This document shows, piece by piece, positions 27,126 to 34,050 of a stretch of DNA of 64,000 nt (positions are counted from its first letter, which is position 1; each line of letters begins with the position of its first letter). The translations under genes and the position numbers were made by a program. The notes beneath the pieces are model-generated. The model was not told the origin of the DNA. It searched no databases and saw nothing but the letters and a program-made list of their open reading frames with translations. Source of the DNA: a virus; the IMG/VR virus record IMGVR_UViG_3300036816_000007, positions 1,839 through 65,838 of that record; one strand, 5' to 3'.

Positions 27126-27518
27126 CTAATCCGCCTCGTCCGACTTCACCCGTTTTATCGTACTAATCCGCTGCATCAACGCATCCAGATCGGTTGCTCC
27201 ATTATCCTTCGTTTCCACTTCGACCTTATCCGTAAGCAATCCGTTAATCTGTAGCGCAAGCTTTGCCATAGCTGCGTTACCATCCCGCATAGCAATCGTA
27301 GATAGCGAGTCGATAAGTTCCGGTAACTTGTCTTGGCTATTGCGAACCATCTGACGTTTTAACTCCGCTTCGAATACGGGGTTCTTCTTCCACTCGAATA
27401 GCGTTGATCGGTGTACTCCGATAATCTCCGCAAGCTCATCGTATGTCTTACCACCACGCTTAGGTTGCGCCATCCACGCTATTGCATCGTGTTGTTCCTG
27501 CGTTAATTGCTTCGCCAT
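27126..27518 (-). CDS. terS: terminase small subunit (HTH type)
   Basis: The N-terminal HTH KTYDELAEIIGVHRSTLFEWKKNP and the position at the head of the packaging genes support the call. Confidence 0.6.
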   Translation of the reverse strand: MAKQLTQEQHDAIAWMAQPKRGGKTYDELAEIIGVHRSTLFEWKKNPVFEAELKRQMVRNSQDKLPELIDSLSTIAMRDGNAAMAKLALQINGLLTDKVEVETKDNGATDLDALMQRISTIKRVKSDEAD

Positions 27519-27600
27519 TACTACGTTCTCCTTCCGTTAAATAAGCGCTAATAACGCGCCTTCCTACGCTCAGGCAAGGCGTAAGATAGACGCGCTAATA

Positions 27601-27771
27601 TTACGTTGATTCTGCGTATTCAGCGAGTGGGTATTGAATGAGAGTGGCGCTCCCGTTACTTCCGCCCCTAACGCAGTACCAGAAAATACCGTTGTTATAT
27701 TCGATGTTATCTACGTTAAGTTTACGCTCCTTTGCGATCTTCTTTCGTAGATCGTCCGTATTAAGCGCCAC
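27601..27771 (-). CDS. hypothetical 56-aa protein (below the track cutoff)
   Basis: The GTG start overlaps the upstream TAG (TAGTG). Hand translation gives VALNTDDLRKKIAKERKLNVDNIEYNNGIFWYCVRGGSNGSATLIQYPLAEYAEST. Confidence 0.45.
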   Translation of the reverse strand: MALNTDDLRKKIAKERKLNVDNIEYNNGIFWYCVRGGSNGSATLIQYPLAEYAEST

Positions 27772-27980
27772 TACTTACGCCTCCAATCGTTAATATCATC
27801 GATCCACATTACGATAATAAACAGCGCGTACACATACGGATTAAGCGCAGTAACCGCCAAGTCTTTCGTTACAGTTACGAGGTCATTGCGTTCTCTAATT
27901 GCAATCGGAATATAGTACGCTAATACTAGGAGCACCAACGCAATATGAACGCCTAAGATAACGAATAGTACGGTTAACAT
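27771..27980 (-). CDS. small membrane protein (2 TM)
   Basis: The sequence MLTVLFVILGVHIALVLLVLAYYIPIAI...YVYALFIIVMWI shows two hydrophobic segments. Confidence 0.6.
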   Translation of the reverse strand: MLTVLFVILGVHIALVLLVLAYYIPIAIRERNDLVTVTKDLAVTALNPYVYALFIIVMWIDDINDWRRK

Positions 27981-28231
27981 ACGCTCACTCTCTCACGTTC
28001 CATAAGCGCCATTAAACCGTTGTGTAGCGAAGCAATATCGTCTACTCGCGCTACAACTTCTCCGTTCTCATATACGATGAAGATGCGGTAACCTTCGTCT
28101 CTGAGCGATGTGATTGCGCCGTGGATAGCGATTCGTGATGCGAATCCAGTTACGTCAAGTCCGTGTGCATAATCGAAACCTTCGTACTTACCGCATACTA
28201 AACGATACATATACGTTCTCCCTCCGCTCAC
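27974..28231 (-). CDS. hypothetical protein, first gene after non-coding element A
   Basis: 85 aa with a GGAGGGAG SD. Confidence 0.55.
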   Translation of the reverse strand: MSGGRTYMYRLVCGKYEGFDYAHGLDVTGFASRIAIHGAITSLRDEGYRIFIVYENGEVVARVDDIASLHNGLMALMERERVSVC

Positions 28232-28348
28232 TTAGCGTTCGCTTAACGTAAGTGAACCGCGTTATTTAATCTTTGACTACATGAGGTACTTCGAAGAGTA
28301 TGCTTCATGTTTCTTGCAGACAAGGGTTTTAGCTCAAAGAATGCTTCG

Positions 28349-28460
28349 TCACTGCGTTCCTAGCTCCATCGCCTGGCGGCTCTGGAACATATAATTGATT
28401 ACGCGTTATACCTTTACCTTAATGATCCCGCGAGGTTTAGTTTGCGAAGCAAAATCAACC
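28349..28460 (-). promoter_or_regulatory. conserved non-coding element, copy A (candidate structured leader RNA or regulatory site)
   Basis: It shares three blocks at identical spacing with 61990..62101. The core is a 34-nt block with one mismatch (28426-28459), which forms a hairpin with a compensatory base change. Confidence 0.6.
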
Positions 28461-28576
28461 GAAGCGGTGGACCTCGTTCTTTTCCGTTTCTTGTTACGTA
28501 GTTATACAAGATAAAGAGTTGTTCAAGCCCTAAAACGGCGGAATCCCGCGTCGCTCTAAGGCCGAAGCCACTTTTG

Positions 28577-28627
28577 AACTATGCAATATTTGATAGGTAA
28601 AACGCTCTAACTATGCAATATTTGATA
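28577..28627. repeat. two perfect 19-bp direct repeats AACTATGCAATATTTGATA, 32 bp apart (iteron/operator-like)
   Basis: The copies are at 28577-28595 and 28609-28627, starting 6 nt past the stop of 28634..29512. Confidence 0.8.
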
Positions 28628-28633
28628 CCCCCT

Positions 28634-29512
28634 CTAGAAGGGAAGATCCGTATCGTCCAGCCCGTGACCACTTTCGGAAGCCTTACGGTGCTGTTCGAAG
28701 TCATAACGCAAAGCCTGCGTATACTCATCGTCATCGAATTTCTGACGGTACATCACGTCTGGATTCACCTTGATTACGGTAACTCCCAACGATTCAGAAC
28801 GCATAATAAAGCCGTTCTTACTCAGCTCCCGTAACCCTCTCCGCACGGTCTGGTCATCTACGCCTAGAAAGCGCGCGAGTGACGCCTGCGTGATAACGTC
28901 GAGTTTGTCCGCTTTCCGCTCGTCTGGATTCGTACATAAGTAACAAAGCCGATAGTGGAAAAACGGAATCATGCAATATAAAAGGCCCGCCGCTTGAATC
29001 GAAAGATTCTTAACGTCAGACCTCGTTTTCATTTGATATATCTTTGTAAATGACTCGCCCTGTTTAAGTGCGCGTCCGATCGTGTGATATTCCGGATGGA
29101 TTGCGTATACCTTGCGCCGTCCCTCTTTATCTTCCGTAAGGATTCCGTATTTGACCAACGAAGAAACAATCGTAGCTGTCATACGCGCTGCCTTTCCGAT
29201 AACCTTCGAAATCTCTGCGGTGCCCATGCGCTTTCCGTTAAGGTAAAGGTCACCCGCGTTATCCATGTGCATATACGGAATTAGCTTCATGACCGCGCCC
29301 AACTCGTTAAGCGAAAGCAGCGTTGTCAGGCTGCGCACAGGTTCGTGATAGGACGTAACGTAGTACTTTGTATTACGTTTGCGTGCGTCTTCTCTTGCAG
29401 CGTACTCCCGTTTCCTGGCGATGTCCTCTTCGGAGATAACGTGGAATCCTTCGAGTGGAACCTCGCTAATCCACGTACCATCTGCGTTTTTGCGCGTAAC
29501 AAATTCGCTCAT
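28634..29512 (-). CDS. double winged-helix DNA-binding protein with an SSB-like C-terminal tip (initiator- or regulator-like)
   Basis: Two wHTH-like segments (TAEISKVIGKAARMTATIVSSLVKYGIL and QASLARFLGVDDQTVRRGLRELSKNGFI). The C-terminus is GLDDTDLPF. Confidence 0.55.
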   Translation of the reverse strand: MSEFVTRKNADGTWISEVPLEGFHVISEEDIARKREYAAREDARKRNTKYYVTSYHEPVRSLTTLLSLNELGAVMKLIPYMHMDNAGDLYLNGKRMGTAEISKVIGKAARMTATIVSSLVKYGILTEDKEGRRKVYAIHPEYHTIGRALKQGESFTKIYQMKTRSDVKNLSIQAAGLLYCMIPFFHYRLCYLCTNPDERKADKLDVITQASLARFLGVDDQTVRRGLRELSKNGFIMRSESLGVTVIKVNPDVMYRQKFDDDEYTQALRYDFEQHRKASESGHGLDDTDLPF

Positions 29513-30096
29513 TAGGAAGCACCTCCGGACACCGATAGCCTACGTCTATAAAGAGCTCGCCGGCCCTCTACTCGCTGTAAATTTCGGTCGAGTTCTCGCA
29601 GCCTTCTCGTCAACTCTAGCCACTCCAACATAACGACCTGCTCATCGTATTCGTCTTCCTTGAACCTCTCAAAATCCTCTATTTCTAATATCAGCCAACG
29701 TCTCTCCTCTTCTAGCTGATGCGCAGCTTCCTCTAATTTATCGAGAGTATCGGACACTGCACTTGTGTGTTCTTCAAAATACATCTTATCTCGGTTAAAC
29801 TTCGGTCGTAACTCATTGATAAGGTACGTTTCGTAAACATCCACGTAGAACATGTTACCTGAGCAGTATAACGAAATGCTTGCAATATCCTTGTAAAAAC
29901 GGATGGAGTCTTTCTTACCACTCAGATGCTCGAGCAGCCTACGACCCAGTGAAGAACTTTTACCAACATAAAGACACAGGCCCTCGCTGTTACGTAGTAC
30001 GTACACGCCGGAGATGCCTAGAAAACTTTCACGTCTATTTAAAAATTCCTCTTTGGAAAATTCTTCGCTTTTAGGTAACGTTACAATTACTCCCAT
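29512..30096 (-). CDS. GIY-YIG domain nuclease with a coiled-coil C-terminus
   Basis: GIY-YIG-type motifs GVYVLRNSEGLCLYVGKSSSLGRRLLEH and YETYLINELRPKFN. By eye the segment is AT-rich. Confidence 0.7.
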   Translation of the reverse strand: MGVIVTLPKSEEFSKEEFLNRRESFLGISGVYVLRNSEGLCLYVGKSSSLGRRLLEHLSGKKDSIRFYKDIASISLYCSGNMFYVDVYETYLINELRPKFNRDKMYFEEHTSAVSDTLDKLEEAAHQLEEERRWLILEIEDFERFKEDEYDEQVVMLEWLELTRRLRELDRNLQRVEGRRALYRRRLSVSGGAS

Positions 30097-30214
30097 ACTA
30101 TCGCTCTCCTCTGCGTAATTTCCGACGTCCAGTGAAGTCAGGGAAAGCGAGTGTCGGAGTATCTCGCGTTCGGCCCGTCAGCCTATTCCCATTTACCTTA
30201 TCACCGGTATATCT

Positions 30215-30243
30215 ATATAACCTTGAGATAGCGTAAAATGTAA
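30215..30243 (-). promoter_or_regulatory. sigma-A-type promoter candidate (TTACAT-N17-TTATAT)
   Basis: The minus strand reads TTACATTTTACGCTATCTCAAGGTTATAT. It lies ~120 nt upstream of the GIY-YIG start and just after a terminator. Confidence 0.5.
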
Positions 30244-30288
30244 GGTACTTTGCAGGAATTTCCGCCATTTTATCGAATTTATTTTCGT

Positions 30289-30468
30289 ATGAAAACGTTA
30301 ATTACAGACACCGAATTGCTGGCGGCCGCCCTCGCACAAGTCCGCGTTACTATCTTCGAACCCGGCGGCCACACGATCGCAGATTACGGCGGAATCATCG
30401 AAAAGTACACGCCAGATTACGTTAAGATTGCCGACACGTATTTTAGGCGCGGCAATCTTCGTATTTAA
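30289..30468 (+). CDS. hypothetical 59-aa protein
   Basis: MKTLITDTELLAAALAQVRVTIFEPGGHTIADYGGIIEKYTPDYVKIADTYFRRGNLRI. The SD is poor. The gene converges on the terminator. Confidence 0.4.
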   Translation: MKTLITDTELLAAALAQVRVTIFEPGGHTIADYGGIIEKYTPDYVKIADTYFRRGNLRI

Positions 30469-30483
30469 GGCGCTGGAGACACG

Positions 30484-30507
30484 AAAAAGACCGGATTAGC
30501 TCCGGTC
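30484..30507 (-). terminator. rho-independent terminator ending the small-gene cassette
   Basis: The minus strand reads GACCGG-AGCTAAT-CCGGTC followed by TTTTTCG. Confidence 0.65.
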
Positions 30508-30597
30508 CCTCTTGAATATTATCCGCAATATCTCCCGCCAACTACGCCTAATGCCCGCCTGCCTGACGATCTTCCGCACATCAACGTGCTTTTTCAT
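30496..30597 (-). CDS. possible 33-aa basic peptide
   Basis: GAGGTAAAAACGG precedes the ATG. The peptide is MKKHVDVRKIVRQAGIRRSWREILRIIFKRDRS. The ORF ends in the terminator loop. Confidence 0.3.
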   Translation of the reverse strand: MKKHVDVRKIVRQAGIRRSWREILRIIFKRDRS

Positions 30598-30688
30598 CCG
30601 TTTTTACCTCGACCCACTCACCGCCCGCCGTCCGTACGTAATTCCGCCCACTCATCCGTTTTCCCACCGCAAATATCCGCTTATTCAT
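30581..30688 (-). CDS. possible 35-aa peptide
   Basis: The ATGAATAA start overlaps the upstream stop, and GGAGG lies 9 nt upstream. The peptide is MNKRIFAVGKRMSGRNYVRTAGGEWVEVKTDEKAR. Confidence 0.35.
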   Translation of the reverse strand: MNKRIFAVGKRMSGRNYVRTAGGEWVEVKTDEKAR

Positions 30689-30884
30689 CCGCTAATACCT
30701 CCTTACGCGCTGTATTAAGATTACGTATCTTCGCTATTTTCTGCGCGGGTGTGTAGTCCGCCTGGTTAACGATCGACTCGACTATGCCTACGAATGTTGC
30801 GTGGATCAGCGCCCGGCGTTGGTCAGGCGCATCAGCCTCCGTATAACTGTTGCGTAATAACGACGCATATGTCTCCGTACTCAT
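30681..30884 (-). CDS. hypothetical protein
   Basis: 67 aa. Its start overlaps the stop of 30881..31147 by 4 nt. Confidence 0.55.
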   Translation of the reverse strand: MSTETYASLLRNSYTEADAPDQRRALIHATFVGIVESIVNQADYTPAQKIAKIRNLNTARKEVLADE

Positions 30885-31147
30885 CTACGAGGCACCTCCC
30901 GAAAGTATTCGTTAATCTGGCGCTCGAGTAACGTATGGCCGCGGATAATCCAACGTGGCTCGCCCGTATAAGCGGCCGGCGTTGTCATGCGCGCGATTGC
31001 GAAGTCACGGCGATTAAATCCGAACTTGGCGAAATGCTTGACGCAGATTACGCGTTTGGTAGGCGTATTAGCGTTGCCCGTGCCGGCGCATCCGTAGCAA
31101 GTGTACACGTCGTTATAGCGGCCAGATCCGCCGCAGCGTTCGCACAT
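30881..31147 (-). CDS. DnaJ-type zinc-finger (2 x CxxCxGxG) protein
   Basis: The N-terminus carries CERCGGSG and CYGCAGTG. Confidence 0.6.
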   Translation of the reverse strand: MCERCGGSGRYNDVYTCYGCAGTGNANTPTKRVICVKHFAKFGFNRRDFAIARMTTPAAYTGEPRWIIRGHTLLERQINEYFREVPRR

Positions 31148-31162
31148 AATACTTCCTCCTTG

Positions 31163-31330
31163 TTAACCGAGTACGTTATTAATTTTTTCTTTCGCTTTTG
31201 CAATTGTCTCGTAATTTCCATCAAATAGAGAAGAAATGTAGGGAGCAAGGATTATCCACCCACCGTCAATTAAGTCGGACATTATTACGAAACCTCTGTG
31301 TCGATATAGTCTACTGCTTCGATTTTTCAA
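31163..31330 (-). CDS. hypothetical small protein, first gene of the cassette
   Basis: The track ORF start (GTG at 31375) lies upstream of the predicted -10. AAGGAG is followed 9 nt later by TTG at 31330. The exact start is uncertain. Confidence 0.4.
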   Translation of the reverse strand: MKNRSSRLYRHRGFVIMSDLIDGGWIILAPYISSLFDGNYETIAKAKEKINNVLG

Positions 31331-31346
31331 CTCAACCATCTCCTTT

Positions 31347-31427
31347 GTCCCGTTTAACGTACCACTTATAAACACAGTATATTATGTCCCGTTTAACGTG
31401 TCAATACATTTTGGCACTTTTAACGTG
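31347..31427. promoter_or_regulatory. three operator-like repeats (GTCCCGTTTAACGT x2 and CTTTTAACGTG)
   Basis: The copies are at 31347-31360, 31386-31399 and 31418-31427. The second lies in the spacer of the minus-strand promoter. The third lies over the -35 position of the XRE promoter. Confidence 0.65.
31376..31404 (-). promoter_or_regulatory. near-consensus sigma-A promoter TTGACA-N17-TATACT
   Basis: The minus strand reads TTGACACGTTAAACGGGACATAATATACT. Confidence 0.7.
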
Positions 31428-31468
31428 ACGAATTTTACGCTATACTAAACGTAGGAGGTGGCAATTCA

Positions 31469-31693
31469 ATGTCCACGTATAAAGTCCGCCTCAAGCTCGA
31501 TGAGTTATTGAAAGAGCGCAACATAGGCGATCGCGAATTCGGCCGCTTAACCGGAATACGCCGCACGTCTGTCGGAGAGATGCGCGCTAACAAGACGTTG
31601 CGGCTTCCGCTTGACAATCTCGCTAAAATATGCGAAGTCCTCAGCGTAGAGATAACGGATGTACTCGAGCTAGAAAAAGAGCCGCGCGATTAA
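31469..31693 (+). CDS. XRE-family HTH regulator
   Basis: The HTH pattern is LKERNIGDREFGRLTGIRRTSVGEMRANK. The SD is AGGAGGTG, and a TATACT -10 lies at 31441-31446. The gene is divergent from the cassette promoter. Confidence 0.75.
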   Translation: MSTYKVRLKLDELLKERNIGDREFGRLTGIRRTSVGEMRANKTLRLPLDNLAKICEVLSVEITDVLELEKEPRD

Positions 31694-32424
31694 GCTGCGG
31701 CCTTTTCTTCGTATAGGGGCGGAGTAACTTCCGTAACTACTTCGATTTCATTGACCGCACCCATCTCGTTAATCCAACGCTTGCCAATACCGACGCAGTT
31801 AACGAAAGGCTCCGTAAGTTCGCCGCCGTTTTCGTAGAGGTTATACGTTTTGACTGCGCTAGGCTCCGTATCACGTATATACTGCGCCTGTCGTGCCTCA
31901 TTGCGGATCTTAGCGCCTTGATCTACGCGCCAATGTTCGTAACTACTACGCTTACGTTTCGTCGGCCTACGGTAGTCCTTACCGTCCACTCCGGTTGATT
32001 GTGCGGCTGACTCAGACGTCTCACGGTCACGGCGGAGGCCTAGCTGCCGTTCGGACATAAACGGATATTCCGTATGTGACACTTTGTACGGATTCGGGTC
32101 CGTAATCTCTTCATATAGCGCGAGATCCGTTAAGCGATCCATTAGCGCGGAATCTGCAGGCGTCATGGCCGGACGATCACCGGGGCATCCTTTCGCTTCC
32201 CATTCGCTGATCTTACGATGGTTAAACTCGCCATGCTCCGCGTAATAATCGCGTTGAATCGCCGCAATGACGTACATACGCGTTTCTCTGTCGCGTAGGT
32301 CGTGCGTCTTGCCTCCGAAATCAAACGGAATAGGCGGCGCGCCTTCCGCCTTAAACTGCGTCTCCATCGCGCTCTCCAACGTAGTAACCAATTGCTCCGT
32401 AATCTCGCGGTAAGTTGTCGTCAT
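31690..32424 (-). CDS. hypothetical protein
   Basis: 244 aa. The start overlaps the stop of the sigma-r4-like gene (ATGA). Confidence 0.55.
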   Translation of the reverse strand: MTTTYREITEQLVTTLESAMETQFKAEGAPPIPFDFGGKTHDLRDRETRMYVIAAIQRDYYAEHGEFNHRKISEWEAKGCPGDRPAMTPADSALMDRLTDLALYEEITDPNPYKVSHTEYPFMSERQLGLRRDRETSESAAQSTGVDGKDYRRPTKRKRSSYEHWRVDQGAKIRNEARQAQYIRDTEPSAVKTYNLYENGGELTEPFVNCVGIGKRWINEMGAVNEIEVVTEVTPPLYEEKAAA

Positions 32425-32828
32425 TAAGCCGCCTCCAATTCGATATTTTCCGTATACTCAACGCTAACCTCTCCGTATTCCCAGCGCTTATAGACCTCCG
32501 CCATTTTCTCCGCTGCTGCTTCGATTAATTGCGTAACGGCTTCGCGAGATACGCCCATCTGACGCGCTGCCTCCGCCTGTGTAACGTCAAATCCGTATAC
32601 GAACGCAATGGCTTCCGTTTGCCTATCGGTGAGGGAGGCGGAGCTTATTGCGCTATGCAGATCAACGAGGATGTCACACGCGGCATAATCCCCGCGGAAT
32701 CGTGCCGAGCTAATCCGGTGGCGGTCGCGTAATAGCGCCTTAACTCCGGCCGCGTCATTGAGCGAGTATTTAACGGAATAGCTGCGCGAACCCTTTTCGA
32801 TATCCACTTTAACGTGTCCCATACGCAA
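32424..32828 (-). CDS. sigma-70 region-4-like transcription regulator (ArpU/RinA-like late activator candidate)
   Basis: The sequence LTDRQTEAIAFVYGFDVTQAEAARQMGVSREAVTQLIEAAAEKM fits a region-4 HTH. Confidence 0.55.
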   Translation of the reverse strand: MRMGHVKVDIEKGSRSYSVKYSLNDAAGVKALLRDRHRISSARFRGDYAACDILVDLHSAISSASLTDRQTEAIAFVYGFDVTQAEAARQMGVSREAVTQLIEAAAEKMAEVYKRWEYGEVSVEYTENIELEAA

Positions 32829-32910
32829 ATCCGCTCCCTTTTACGATGAGAAGGCGCAGGCCCGAAAGCCCGCCGCTCCTCTATCGTGAATTTTTCAAAT
32901 ACTTACGTTT

Positions 32911-33108
32911 TCATACGGTGATGCGCGTAATCCCCAACTCGTTCTCTACGTACTGTTCCTCGCAAAATCCGCCGTGTGTCTTCGCACCGCTTGCGTAAGA
33001 TGTAACGGAATGCCCGCGTTCAATCGATTCGCCGCAATAGGCGCAATAACCGACGATATCCAAGCGTTCATCTGGCGGCTGGAAACGGTCAAAACTTGCG
33101 CTCATCAT
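32911..33108 (-). CDS. hypothetical Cys-containing small protein
   Basis: Internal start MMSASF lies 9 nt after GGGGAGG. The motif is CAYCGESIERGH...GGFCEE. Confidence 0.45.
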   Translation of the reverse strand: MMSASFDRFQPPDERLDIVGYCAYCGESIERGHSVTSYASGAKTHGGFCEEQYVENELGITRITV

Positions 33109-33262
33109 CCGCAGCCGCCTCCCCGCTGTCCTCCCACTTCTGCAGCGGAGTCCGATCGTCATATTTGCGTCCTTCTAACGTGTCAATCCGTCCAGCGTAA
33201 TAGCCGGCCTCGTAGCCTTTGCGCCACTCTTCCGCGATGTTAAGCGTAGTTTCCGTGCTCAT
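33089..33262 (-). CDS. hypothetical small protein
   Basis: The ATGA start overlaps the stop of the kinase gene. The protein begins MSTETTLNIAEEWRKGYEAGYYAG. Confidence 0.45.
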   Translation of the reverse strand: MSTETTLNIAEEWRKGYEAGYYAGRIDTLEGRKYDDRTPLQKWEDSGEAAADDERKF

Positions 33263-33840
33263 TCCGGCCAATCACCGCCTAGGAACGCCAGTATTTCGTC
33301 AATCTGGCGGTAGAGGTGCGGAAGGTCACCGTCGTTCGTAATCGTAAAGTCCGCGCTGTATCCGTCAAGCGCCGTCTCCGTGCCGTGCGTAAGGTCGCAG
33401 AGGTTAAAGCGGTCGCCGGACTTAATGGCGCGGTCAATGCGGAGGGCTTCCGGTGCTTCTACGCGGATGAGGACGTAGCCGGCCGCCTTTAGTGCGTCAT
33501 ATTCGTTAGGCTGGCGAACGTCAGTTATTACTGAACGAAAGGCCGCGTGAGGACCGTGCATGTAGAAATCTGCGACGTGCCACGAGGCCACTTCTCCGAC
33601 TCTATCGAGACATTTCCGCACCCAGACGTCAGGATCACGTTCGCGCATCGCCTGGCCGAACCACTGGTATCCTTCGCGCGGCTTCGCGTCAGTCTCGCCG
33701 AACAATTCGTGATAGTAGCGTTTGAGTTCGTCGCCGAATGCGAACGCGGTGTAGCCGTATTTTGACGCGAGATAACGGGCAACTTCGTCCTTGCCGGCGC
33801 GCAGCTTTCCGATCAATCCGATGTTAGGTAACGTAGTCAT
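33259..33840 (-). CDS. deoxynucleoside monophosphate kinase-like P-loop protein
   Basis: P-loop IGLIGKLRAGKDEVARYL. Size and context fit phage dNMP kinases. Confidence 0.55.
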   Translation of the reverse strand: MTTLPNIGLIGKLRAGKDEVARYLASKYGYTAFAFGDELKRYYHELFGETDAKPREGYQWFGQAMRERDPDVWVRKCLDRVGEVASWHVADFYMHGPHAAFRSVITDVRQPNEYDALKAAGYVLIRVEAPEALRIDRAIKSGDRFNLCDLTHGTETALDGYSADFTITNDGDLPHLYRQIDEILAFLGGDWPE

Positions 33841-34049
33841 TCCGCAGTCACCTCCGCCCAGTTATCGCTATCATCAACGTACCACGCGAGTTTGGCGCTT
33901 CTCTCTACGATACCGATTCCGTAAAGATGCGTTTGGCCGCGAAAGTGATATCGGACAGCGCTCTTTGCGTGGCGAACGTCCGTGTACGTCTTATCACGCA
34001 CAATCTCGCCCGTTTCGCGGTTAATAATTGCGTAGAGTGGTCCGACCAT
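33837..34049 (-). CDS. hypothetical protein
   Basis: Internal ATG lies 7 nt after AAGGAGGTG. The track ORF start further upstream overlaps the preceding gene. Confidence 0.5.
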   Translation of the reverse strand: MVGPLYAIINRETGEIVRDKTYTDVRHAKSAVRYHFRGQTHLYGIGIVERSAKLAWYVDDSDNWAEVTAE

Positions 34050-34050
34050 A

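Noticed and set aside
28426-28459. A solitary CRISPR repeat or anti-CRISPR RNA mimic (a 34-nt repeat present twice).
   Set aside because: There are only two copies, 33.6 kb apart, with no spacer-repeat periodicity and no cas genes. The conservation extends well beyond repeat length in a block pattern, which is more typical of a leader or regulatory element.
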